This document shows positions 19,184 through 27,869 of a stretch of 64,000 nt of DNA, one piece after another. This stretch comes from Planctomycetota bacterium (GTDB lineage: Bacteria > Planctomycetota > MHYJ01 > WSZJ01), in contig JBBTCT010000024.1 in assembly GCA_038060895.1 (NCBI GenBank), positions 168,717-232,716 of the forward strand, read 5' to 3'. The notes under the pieces were generated by a model. The model was not told where the DNA came from and ran no database searches. It saw only the letters and a list, made by a program, of their open reading frames with translations. The stretch's first letter is position 1; each line of letters starts with the position of its first letter. Both the position numbers and the translations under genes were made by a program.

Positions 19184-19972
19184 ATGACGCTGGCCACCCT
19201 GATCACCCTTGCCGGAAAAGTCCCATTGCTGGGCTCGATACTGAGGCGCATTGCGCATTCGTACCCTGAAGGGTCGATCACAACAATCCGCTCGGGCGTG
19301 GGGCAGGGCCTGAAGTGGCGGCGATACCACCGGTACGTTAACGGGTACTGGCTCGGCCAGTACGAGTTGCCTCTTCAGCTCGCGCTCCGGAACGCCATTT
19401 CCCCCGGTATGACGGTTTTTGACGTCGGGGCGAACGCTGGTTTCTTTTCCGTCATTGCGGCAGGCCTCACTGGACCTACCGGCAAGTGCGTTGCATTCGA
19501 CCCACTCACGGAAAACGTCGCATCCATCCGCGAACAATTCGCGCTCAACGGATTCGCTCACGGGCAGGTGTTCGAGGGAGCCGCCGGGGAGGAGAACGGA
19601 AGGGCCAGTATCGCGTTTCAGGAGTCCAACAACGCCATGGCCCACCTGGGGACACCCGGGCGCGACGAGAAAGTCATCGAGGTCGAGTTACTTACCCTGG
19701 ACGAAGCAATGCGTCGCTTCGGGCGCCCTCATGTCGTGAAGGTGGGCGTGGAGGGGGCGGAACTTGCCGTACTGCGCGGGGCTGCTCGACTCGTCCAGAA
19801 CTTCCGCCCGACGTGGATCCTGGAAGTGCACGATCCGAATTTGTCGGGTCGGATCCGCGAGGCACTGGGTATGTCCTATGGACTCTTCACCCTTGAGGGC
19901 GACCCCATCCCGCTGGGCGATCCGTTGGCCAGCCACGTGATCGCGCGGGACAACACTTCACCTTCCTCCTGA
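19184..19972 (+). CDS. FkbM-family methyltransferase
   Basis: FDVGANAGFF, AFDP, KVGVEGAE (KxDVEG variant); AGGAG RBS. Confidence 0.85.
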   Translation: MTLATLITLAGKVPLLGSILRRIAHSYPEGSITTIRSGVGQGLKWRRYHRYVNGYWLGQYELPLQLALRNAISPGMTVFDVGANAGFFSVIAAGLTGPTGKCVAFDPLTENVASIREQFALNGFAHGQVFEGAAGEENGRASIAFQESNNAMAHLGTPGRDEKVIEVELLTLDEAMRRFGRPHVVKVGVEGAELAVLRGAARLVQNFRPTWILEVHDPNLSGRIREALGMSYGLFTLEGDPIPLGDPLASHVIARDNTSPSS

Positions 19973-20011
19973 ACCCCAGGCTCGGAGCTGCCCTACGTGT
20001 ACTCGTAATGA

Positions 20012-20260
20012 TCACAGGTAACCAGGCACGCCTCGACACCGCGGCCCGTGCCCGCTCATCCTCCCCACGCACCGCGCCAACGCGGCGGACTCGGCCTGGA
20101 ACAGCAACTGCCCGGTCAACATCACGCGGTGATTGAACTCCTGCATCTCCCGGACGACGGCGGCGGCTTCTTTGGCCGTCGTGACCGTGTCGAGCTTCTT
20201 CGAGAGTTCGGGCACCCGGCCGGCGAGGACCTGGTGCAGTTCGCGGATCAAATTGATCAT
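20012..20260 (-). CDS. Small helical hypothetical protein (possibly 3' degraded)
   Basis: ATG overlaps upstream stop (ATGA), GGAG RBS; MINLIRELHQVL... Confidence 0.5.
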   Translation of the reverse strand: MINLIRELHQVLAGRVPELSKKLDTVTTAKEAAAVVREMQEFNHRVMLTGQLLFQAESAALARCVGRMSGHGPRCRGVPGYL

Positions 20261-20700
20261 TTCGGTTCTCCCTTGTCTGCGACGCGGGGGCTCTGGAGGA
20301 GCTTCGCCACGAGCGCGACCTCGTCGTGCAGGAACGCGAGCGTGGCCTCGGCGTCCACGGCCCTTCTCTGGGAAGCAGCCGTGTGCGCGTCGGCGAGGTC
20401 GAGGAGGGTCTTGCGGACTGCGGCGAGCGCCTCGAGCGCGCGATTCCATTCGGCGATTGACGCCGGCGAGAGCGCGGGCGACACGTCGGATTCCTTGAGC
20501 ATCACGAGCGTCTCGACCCGGTCGAGCTGCGCTCTTCGCGAAGCCCGGTTCACTTCGAGGAAAGCCGCGTTGCTTTCCTTCTGCACCGCGTAAAGCCCTT
20601 TCCGGAAACTCGACAGCGATACCGGGGCGGGGGTGGCGCAGCCGGCTGCGGCGAGGAGAACCCCGGCGAGCCACAGTCGGAACGGTCCTCCCCTGATCAC
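20257..20700 (-). CDS. Hypothetical lipoprotein
   Basis: Signal peptide with lipobox AAGC; helical mature region. Confidence 0.65.
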   Translation of the reverse strand: MIRGGPFRLWLAGVLLAAAGCATPAPVSLSSFRKGLYAVQKESNAAFLEVNRASRRAQLDRVETLVMLKESDVSPALSPASIAEWNRALEALAAVRKTLLDLADAHTAASQRRAVDAEATLAFLHDEVALVAKLLQSPRVADKGEPK

Positions 20701-20746
20701 TTCCAGATGGACCGGAGCCCCATGTCAGAAAGGAATTCGGAGGATG

Positions 20747-21865
20747 TCAACTCCATCTCCCCGAGATCCTCGAAACGCGGGCCAGCGCTTCGCGCCGGCC
20801 CGGAAACCTTGCGGGAAAAGCTTCCTGCACGCGCTCCGCGATCTCGGCGAGCGAGTTCATGCCGTCGATCAGGGAGAGCACCAGCCGGTCGATACGGACG
20901 TCGTCGTCGATGACCGGGATGTAGGCCGCGGATTCGCGCCGGAGCGACTCCAGCGTCACAGGATTTCCGTGAAACGTGGACTGGCGGAAATCCGCCTTGG
21001 GCGGCTGCCCGGGAGCGGCCACACGCGTGTCCCACCGGAACAGGTACTCGTCGCCGATGAGGCGGGCGTCGAGCGCGATGCGGAAGACATCGCCGGCGGC
21101 GACGGGAACGGGGCCGGAGAGGGGAAGGAACATGCGGCCCCAGACGAGCTCGGGCTTGTCGGGCGCGTTGGAAAAAGAAATCCCCTCGGCGAGCTCCGCG
21201 TCGAACCAGAGGAGCAGGCCGTGGGCCATGCCCGCACGCTCGGCCTGGGCGTCGAAGGCGGCGGCCACGTCGGGACTTTCGACGGTGGCGTAGTCGAGCG
21301 TGCCCCAACTGACCGGGGGGGCGAGAAGCCGAAGCGGGCCCGCGAGGTTTGTGCCCGCCAGGACACGGTTCGTCACGATCCGCTGCCCCGCGCGCAGATC
21401 GAGGACGTGCGGGCGCGCTTCCCAGGGCCCGATGCTGGCCGCGTGGTGCCCCGGGGCTTCGACGGGCGCGGCCCACAGCGTGTCGCGCTTCCCGATCAGG
21501 ACGCCGCCGGGGGCCAGGAAACGCCTGCGGGCGTCAACAATGGCGGGGATGTGATACGGAGTGAGGGGAAGGAGGCCGCGCAGGTCGGACACGATGACCT
21601 CGGCGCGACCGGGCAGCTCGACGCGCGCGGATTCCTGGTGGAAGAACTGGATCCGGTCGCCGAAGCCGTTCGCGACCGCGAGGTCGCGCCCCACCTGGAT
21701 CGCTTCGTTCGGCTCGATCGCCCAGACGCGCGCGGCGCCGAGTCTGCAGGCGATCAGCGACATGATTCCGGCGCCCGCGCCGATATCGAGCACCGTGGTG
21801 TTCGGCGTCACGACGCGGAGCAGCGCCTCTTCGTACGCCTTCATCCGGACGGCGTCCGCGAACAT
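20747..21865 (-). CDS. PRMT-like class I SAM methyltransferase with C-terminal winged-helix (RRE-like) extension
   Basis: MFAD.VRM.AY, VLDIGAGAG, VIVSDLRG, HGLLLWFDAEL (PRMT beta-barrel pattern); reading frame open upstream to 21892. Confidence 0.75.
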   Translation of the reverse strand: MFADAVRMKAYEEALLRVVTPNTTVLDIGAGAGIMSLIACRLGAARVWAIEPNEAIQVGRDLAVANGFGDRIQFFHQESARVELPGRAEVIVSDLRGLLPLTPYHIPAIVDARRRFLAPGGVLIGKRDTLWAAPVEAPGHHAASIGPWEARPHVLDLRAGQRIVTNRVLAGTNLAGPLRLLAPPVSWGTLDYATVESPDVAAAFDAQAERAGMAHGLLLWFDAELAEGISFSNAPDKPELVWGRMFLPLSGPVPVAAGDVFRIALDARLIGDEYLFRWDTRVAAPGQPPKADFRQSTFHGNPVTLESLRRESAAYIPVIDDDVRIDRLVLSLIDGMNSLAEIAERVQEAFPARFPGRREALARVSRISGRWS

Positions 21866-21903
21866 CCGGCCGTAGTCAACGAGGTTGTAGATACGGGAGG
21901 ATC

Positions 21904-22983
21904 TTACCGGAGACCGCGGACCCTGCGCAGTGCGATTCCCGGCAGCCCTGCCATCGTCCGAGCCACTCCTCGTGCTCCGTCCTGGCTCAGGATTTTGAGC
22001 GCAAAGCGCGCCGTGGTTCCCTCGGCCAGCTCCGGCTGCACGAGGAGCCCGGGCCGCAGGAGGCGCCGGAAGAGAGCGCGCTGCCAGCGCGGAAGCGCGA
22101 GCGCACGGGCAAGCGATTCCGGGATTGCGGCGCCGAAGATGGCCCCGGCGAGCGCGAGACCGGCCGAAAGCGCGGCGGCCGTGCGCGTCTCCGCGGCGCG
22201 CAGGGCGAGAACGGCCGGGTCGGCGCGCAGAAGAAGCTCTCGAAAGTCGAGGATGTTTCCGAGCGGACGGAAGCCGTGGCGCACGAGGTTGACGGCGGCA
22301 AAGACGAGAGCGTCCTCGGCGGAGGGGAAGCGGATGCCGGGAAACGCAGCCACGGAACGCGCGCGCGTCCCCGCGTCGTCGGGGCGCATCTCCCGCACGA
22401 GGCTCAGCTCCCCCATCAGCGTCCAGTGCAGATCGACGTCGAGCACGACGCCATGCCCCAGTTCACGCAGGAACGATTTCTCCATCGCCCCCGCCCCCGT
22501 CTGCGCCGGCCCCCTCGAGAAGCCGAGAGCGATCAGGGCCTCCTCTGCGGCCGCGAGATCAGCCGGACCGACCAGCAGGTCCACGTCTCCGAAGGGGCGA
22601 TCCGCAGGCTCGCCGTAGATGCCGTACGCGAGGTGAAATCCCTTCAGGGCCACCGCCTCGAATCCGCGGGCCGCGAACGCTTCTCCTGCCTCCCGCACCG
22701 CTCCGGCCTTGATCGAATTCGAGTGCCCGTAGGACAGCACCCTCGCTTCGAGCGCCGGCCTGAGTTCCGTGGCCCAGGAGGGCACGGTGCCGGCGGCAGC
22801 GATGCGGCGGCGCAGTTCACCCGCGACTCGGTTCTGGACGGCCAATACCTCGACCCGCCCCCCCTCCGCCCGCGCGGGCCACGCAGACGCGGGAAGACCT
22901 CGCAAGACGGCCAGGAGAGCACGCGCGCCTGGGTCCGCAACGGACGCCAGGTCCGCGTCAACCCAGGCGGCGCATGTGCTCAT
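21904..22983 (-). CDS. Nucleotidyltransferase family protein (lasso-cluster type)
   Basis: LKGxxLA..IY...RPFGDVDLLV, VDLHW motifs. Confidence 0.85.
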   Translation of the reverse strand: MSTCAAWVDADLASVADPGARALLAVLRGLPASAWPARAEGGRVEVLAVQNRVAGELRRRIAAAGTVPSWATELRPALEARVLSYGHSNSIKAGAVREAGEAFAARGFEAVALKGFHLAYGIYGEPADRPFGDVDLLVGPADLAAAEEALIALGFSRGPAQTGAGAMEKSFLRELGHGVVLDVDLHWTLMGELSLVREMRPDDAGTRARSVAAFPGIRFPSAEDALVFAAVNLVRHGFRPLGNILDFRELLLRADPAVLALRAAETRTAAALSAGLALAGAIFGAAIPESLARALALPRWQRALFRRLLRPGLLVQPELAEGTTARFALKILSQDGARGVARTMAGLPGIALRRVRGLR

Positions 22984-23062
22984 CGCGGCTCCGAAAACGA
23001 CCCGGCGCGCGGAGCTGGAGAAGCCGTCGCGCGCCGGGAGTTCCGGTCAGTATGGGCTTCGC

Positions 23063-26000
23063 CTACTTGTTGCGGCACTCGATGCGCCACTGGCCGAGCT
23101 TACTCGGAAGGTCGGTGCCGTCCGAACCTACGATGAAGACCTTTCCGAGGCCCCCGGACGTCGTGGTGACGGCCCAAGCCCTGTCCGGCATGCCAATAAT
23201 GGGAGGGATCGCTGCGCGGTGTTCATAGACGGTAGCGGGGGCGGGATCTGTAAGCACCCAGACGTAAGCACCCGTCGTAGAGTCGTAGATTTTCCACATC
23301 TCAGGAACTCCCGGCACGCCGAACGAGGGATCGCTCTCAATCAAGCCTGGTTGCGCGCCCTCCGTGTTGAACAGCGAATCGAAGGCGAAACTGGACGACT
23401 TCCGCTTCTCGATTCTCCACAGCAGGTCGTCGAGGGGCGCCCTGTTGCTCCCGGCGATAAAGAGCCTGTTTGTATCGAGCACGAGTTGGCCGCATCCAAA
23501 GTCTGCAACCGAGGGCGTGCTCGGAGGCAAGTAAGAACCCAGGAGGTACATCGAAGCGGCACCGACCGGAGACTCGGCGGTCGCCACGTCGACCTTCAGC
23601 AGCGCCCAGTTGTCAAATCCCGGGAAAATAGACGGAGGAACCCAGTACGGGTAGTCGATAGCAGTCCTGTAGGTTGTCAGCGCGTACAGATGAGTCCCAT
23701 CCGTGACGACCGAGTGGACCGAGTCGTCCGAAAAGGTAAAGGTGCCGGTGAAGACGTCGTACAGCGTGATGCCGTTGTCTTTGCGATACGTCCCTTGTCC
23801 GCTGAAGCCGAATCCTGGGTTAACTGACTCTATGTAGACATCGAGGCTGCCATCCGAACAGCGCCGCTTCTGCAACATCGAGTTTCGCGTTGAGCCGGTA
23901 TCGCCGACCGAGTCCTTGAGCCAACCTCCAATGATCAGGAAGTCTTCTGATCCATCGGCGATCGTGACACACGTGGCGGCTGCAGGGCAATCTGTCGTAG
24001 GCAACGAATGGGGTTCGATGTCATTCCAAAAGCTGCTCTGGGTGACGACCCAGGATGATGCGCCCGTCGTCGCGTCCAGCTTCTCTACCCGTATGTTGGA
24101 CATGCCTGCGATGTCATCATCCCCTACGGCGTAGAGGAAGCCATCGGTGTGGAGGGCGATGTCCCCTGCCTTCCCGTTTGCGGTCGTGGTCGTGTACACG
24201 CCGTCTACGTCGAAGGCAGTATCGAGCACGCCGGTGGTAAGAACGCGCTTTTCGACGCGCCAATCATAGGATCCCGCAGTTGTCTCCTGGCTGCCAAACA
24301 GAAACATGTGCGTGGCGTTCACCAGGATCTTTCGTGGAATCATCTCGATTGCGCCTGCCGGATTAATTTTGAGGAGCCCGGTCCCGTCCGGCCAGGATCC
24401 GACCAACGAGCCGTCTGACAGCATCCTCCGCTCAACCCGCCAAGTGTTGTTAACCCCTGTCCCCATGCCTCCTTCGTAGCCGAAGACGTACAGGAAGCTA
24501 CCCTCGGTGGCGACAGAGCGAGCTTCGTCCTTCGTGCTGCTACCCGGTTCGCTCTGGATCACGCCGCCGGTGCCGAAGCCGGTCACCAGCAGGCCGCCGG
24601 TGCTGTCCGAGAAGATCGTGTTGTTCGACAAGGTGATCGATCCGCTGGTGGCGATGACGCGCCCCTGCACGACCGAGTCGGAGCCGAGCACGATGGCCGT
24701 GGGCGACGCAGCCGTGGCCAGAATCGTTCCCCTGAAATTAGTGCTGGCCCCAAGGCTGAATGTGTCGGAGATCCAGATGACGTTGTCGGCGTTGGCGCCG
24801 CGTTCGTACTTGAACTGAAAAACTCCCAGGGCGCTGACGATGTCCAGCGCTCCGGAGTGCCTGAAGATCCAGACGCTGCCGGGGTCGTTTCGACCGTCCA
24901 AGGTGATGGGTCCGTCCACCTTCGGATCTCCCGTGAACGCAAATGAGTCGATCAGGTAGACGCCGCCGGGCAACCGCTTGCCCAGCAAGGTGTACCCCTT
25001 CAGGCTGTAGTCCGCGTCGCGCGCGAGAGCATCTACCTGGGCCAGCAAAGCGGCGGCAACAGCGTCGTCGGGGGGGTCCGTCGCCGTGCCGCTGTCCGGG
25101 TAGAAGGTGCCGGGTGCCTCCACGACGAACGGTGGCGTACCGGGATCCATGATCCCGGTAGCGACGCCAGCGCTTCCCTTGATGAGCGTATCGCCGGTGT
25201 TCGTCATCGAGTCGTAGGCGAGCGCCGCGAAATTCGCGGGGGCGTCTGGATCAGAGGCGGAACCGAGCGCCAGCGTGCCGGTTTCACCGATGGAGATCGA
25301 CCCGTAGACGTTCGTGGCGTAGTACCACCAGCCGTAGTAGAGCGACGCGACGCGCCCGGTCACATTGCTGCCGGCTCCGATCTGGACGTCGCCGTTCACG
25401 AGCACGGTGCCGATAAAATTGGCGTAGCCCGTCACGTCAGGATCTTTCCAGGGAGGAGACTTCTCGTCATCTCCGATGAATGCGCCCGGCATGTTGTCGT
25501 AGGTGTAGCCGTAGGGGCCAAGATCCGGTCCTGTGGACCGGTAGTCTCCTGACGGGATCGCGACTCCCACCTGCCACCATACGTTTTCGGGAAGCGCTCC
25601 CCCGGTCATCACAACCTTGGATTTGCCCCTGGCGTAAAGGTTACCGGGAATCTGGAAAATCCAGGTGTCCGTGGAGCTGCCGCTCAAGGTCAGAGTTCCG
25701 CCACCCAGGGTGACATCTTTGTGGATGTGCCCTGTCACGGGTTCGACGATCGTGGAGTCGAATTTATATATACCTGCGGTCAGGGTTTCCCCGGAAAGGT
25801 CCAGGTCGGTACGGGTCACCGTCGGCGTCCGACCGGCGAGGTCGGTGTAACAAAGGGTGGCGGCCAGCATGGCAGCGGCGTAACCGGTGGGGTCGCCCGA
25901 GGGAAACGCCGTTGAACCGGAATAGGAGTAGTGTTCATCGCCGAAAATCGTGGCTTCCTTGAAGGTCGGCCACACATAGCCGCCGAAACCATCAGAGGTG

Positions 26001-26341
26001 TAGCCATCAGTCATCACCGACGAGTAGTCCTCGTTGTCGTAGTCGCCCCAGTTCGCGCCCACGTCGCCCCAGACCACCGTGTCCTTCTTGTGGTAGAGGT
26101 AGTAGTAGGCCAGCGCCGCGTAGAAGTAGGCGACGCCGAGGTCCGGTTTCGGGGGAGCGGGAGGTGGAGGGATGAGGACCGGGTCTACCGCGGACTTGCT
26201 GCCTGACCCGGAAGAGCCGCTCCCGGAAGAAGTGTTTCCGGATGAGGATGATCCGCCGTCGGAGCTCCTCTTGCACCCAGCGAAAACCAGCGAGACCAGC
26301 GCGAGGACGAGGACCGGCAGCACGTACTTTTTGGAAGTCAC
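23063..26341 (-). CDS. Large lipoprotein with two DUF3494 (ice-binding-like) domains and C-terminal beta-propeller-like repeats
   Basis: Lipobox FAGC; LSGETLTAGIY..WIFQI..GGALPENVWWQVG and PGGVY..ITLDG..VWIFR..GANADNVIW..FRGTILA..GRVIA; WRVERR/WRVEKR/WRIEKR repeats. Confidence 0.8.
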   Translation of the reverse strand: MTSKKYVLPVLVLALVSLVFAGCKRSSDGGSSSSGNTSSGSGSSGSGSKSAVDPVLIPPPPAPPKPDLGVAYFYAALAYYYLYHKKDTVVWGDVGANWGDYDNEDYSSVMTDGYTSDGFGGYVWPTFKEATIFGDEHYSYSGSTAFPSGDPTGYAAAMLAATLCYTDLAGRTPTVTRTDLDLSGETLTAGIYKFDSTIVEPVTGHIHKDVTLGGGTLTLSGSSTDTWIFQIPGNLYARGKSKVVMTGGALPENVWWQVGVAIPSGDYRSTGPDLGPYGYTYDNMPGAFIGDDEKSPPWKDPDVTGYANFIGTVLVNGDVQIGAGSNVTGRVASLYYGWWYYATNVYGSISIGETGTLALGSASDPDAPANFAALAYDSMTNTGDTLIKGSAGVATGIMDPGTPPFVVEAPGTFYPDSGTATDPPDDAVAAALLAQVDALARDADYSLKGYTLLGKRLPGGVYLIDSFAFTGDPKVDGPITLDGRNDPGSVWIFRHSGALDIVSALGVFQFKYERGANADNVIWISDTFSLGASTNFRGTILATAASPTAIVLGSDSVVQGRVIATSGSITLSNNTIFSDSTGGLLVTGFGTGGVIQSEPGSSTKDEARSVATEGSFLYVFGYEGGMGTGVNNTWRVERRMLSDGSLVGSWPDGTGLLKINPAGAIEMIPRKILVNATHMFLFGSQETTAGSYDWRVEKRVLTTGVLDTAFDVDGVYTTTTANGKAGDIALHTDGFLYAVGDDDIAGMSNIRVEKLDATTGASSWVVTQSSFWNDIEPHSLPTTDCPAAATCVTIADGSEDFLIIGGWLKDSVGDTGSTRNSMLQKRRCSDGSLDVYIESVNPGFGFSGQGTYRKDNGITLYDVFTGTFTFSDDSVHSVVTDGTHLYALTTYRTAIDYPYWVPPSIFPGFDNWALLKVDVATAESPVGAASMYLLGSYLPPSTPSVADFGCGQLVLDTNRLFIAGSNRAPLDDLLWRIEKRKSSSFAFDSLFNTEGAQPGLIESDPSFGVPGVPEMWKIYDSTTGAYVWVLTDPAPATVYEHRAAIPPIIGMPDRAWAVTTTSGGLGKVFIVGSDGTDLPSKLGQWRIECRNK

Positions 26342-26406
26342 GTGACCCTCCGGGATTTTGAAACAAGCTGAAGAATCTGAAAACCCCCGAAACTCTTGAT
26401 CGGGAG

Positions 26407-26436
26407 AGTATAGACCAAACTCATCCGGCGGCTCAA
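26407..26436 (-). promoter_or_regulatory. Candidate sigma70 promoter for the DUF3494 gene
   Basis: TTGAGC-N18-TATACT on - strand in AT-rich intergenic gap. Confidence 0.4.
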
Positions 26437-26443
26437 AAGTTTA

Positions 26444-27358
26444 TTAAGAAAGTTCAGATATTTTTTTTTGCACTTCGGCCAGATCCTCGACCCTCCGGGG
26501 ATGGGATAACGCCAACGGCGGGAAGGCGGCGGAGAGGTCGCCAAGATAGCGGAATTCGGCGCAAGCGCGCCCGCGGTCCGTCGGGTCCAGCCGGAAGGCC
26601 TGCCTCACCAGCGCCAGCATCGCCTCGCCGCCGGAAGCGCGCTGGATCCACGGACGCCCGGGACGGTGGGGGGCGAGGAAGAAGAGTCGCCAAAGAGGCG
26701 CCGGAGAGCTGCTCCAGCGGGAGCCGGTGGGAACCAGCCGTTGTTTTGTTTGCGAATCCGGTACCTGCCCTCCCCCGAACACCGGTGCGGATGAGGGCCA
26801 CAACCGATGGATCGGGTAAGCCGGGACGATGCGCGAGTTTTCGTCGAGCAGAACCCCATCATCCGACAACAGCCGCGCCCCCGACGCGCAAAAACTCGCC
26901 GCCAGCGTCGACTTTCCGCTTCCGCTCTCCCCGATGAACGCGATCGCGCCCCGATCGGTCTCCACGGCGCTCGCGTGCAGCACGGTCCGACCGGATGCGG
27001 AGAGAGCGCGCGGCAGGACATCGTCGAGAAACAGGTGGCGAACGGACTCGACGGACGACCCGGGCGCCGGGAGTGCCTCGACATGGAGTTCTCCGCGCGC
27101 GACGAGAAAGTCGGCGAGGCCGTGGAAGCGAAGAAGCATGCGGTCAGCGGCGGGTCCGATCGAGAGACAACTCGTGCCGTCATTGCCCTGCACTTCGAAC
27201 ACCCAGCCTTTGTGCGGCGTTGGTGGCGCGGACGGGCTAAGCCGAAATGTCGCAACGGTTCGACGGGTCGCCGGAGAACCTTCCTCATCCCAGCCTGGCA
27301 GATCGGGGAATTCGATGTCGGTGTCGAGGCGCAGCCCGAAGACGGTGTAGTGCCGCAT
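26444..27358 (-). CDS. HPr kinase-like lasso peptide kinase
   Basis: LHASAV, GESGSGKST Walker A, LLSDD; ATG at 27358. Confidence 0.85.
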   Translation of the reverse strand: MRHYTVFGLRLDTDIEFPDLPGWDEEGSPATRRTVATFRLSPSAPPTPHKGWVFEVQGNDGTSCLSIGPAADRMLLRFHGLADFLVARGELHVEALPAPGSSVESVRHLFLDDVLPRALSASGRTVLHASAVETDRGAIAFIGESGSGKSTLAASFCASGARLLSDDGVLLDENSRIVPAYPIHRLWPSSAPVFGGGQVPDSQTKQRLVPTGSRWSSSPAPLWRLFFLAPHRPGRPWIQRASGGEAMLALVRQAFRLDPTDRGRACAEFRYLGDLSAAFPPLALSHPRRVEDLAEVQKKISELS

Positions 27359-27371
27359 TCCGCCCGGCAGG

Positions 27372-27662
27372 TTACTCGCTCGTGACGTCAATGAGGCCTC
27401 GCTGCGCAAGCGCTTCCACGAACTCCCGCATGTCCTTCCGGATCGTTTCAGGGGGCGCTTCGAATTCCTCAGCGAGGCGGTCGCACGCTGCGGCGATCGA
27501 GGGAGAGGTGGAAAGGCACGCCCAGAAAGCGGTGCCAACGTCATCAAGGCCGTAGTACGACTCGTTCTTCAGATTCAGGATGACGGACTCGCCGTCCACG
27601 GCCCGAATCAGCGTTTCGGGCGAAACCACGGCGCGCCTCGCAAAGGAAAATTCCGGGTGCAT
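27372..27662 (-). CDS. PqqD-family RiPP recognition element (lasso B1)
   Basis: VDGESVILNL..YYGLDDVGTAFW..L.EEF...DMREFVEAL..RGLI; ATG at 27662 with GGAG RBS. Confidence 0.92.
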   Translation of the reverse strand: MHPEFSFARRAVVSPETLIRAVDGESVILNLKNESYYGLDDVGTAFWACLSTSPSIAAACDRLAEEFEAPPETIRKDMREFVEALAQRGLIDVTSE

Positions 27663-27684
27663 CCGAGGTCTCCAGGAAGCTCGC

Positions 27685-27849
27685 TTAGACGATGCCCATC
27701 TGCTTCGACAGGTCGCCGCCAATAGAGCCGGTGCCCGCTGTCAGTTTGACCAGGCTGCCGTATTCGCGAAGGATAGGCGCCTGGTAGGGTTTTTTCGACG
27801 ACGCCGCGACGGGCGGGGTTGCCGGTCTGGATGCCTCGGTCTCTTTCAC
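27685..27849 (-). CDS. Lasso peptide precursor (54 aa; core GTGSIGGDLSKQMGIV)
   Basis: GTG start with GGAGG RBS; leader KKPYQAPIL (YxxPxL), G..L..LT with Thr at -2, core Gly1 and Asp8. Confidence 0.88.
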   Translation of the reverse strand: MKETEASRPATPPVAASSKKPYQAPILREYGSLVKLTAGTGSIGGDLSKQMGIV

Positions 27850-27869
27850 GTGGACTCGCCTCCAAACGT

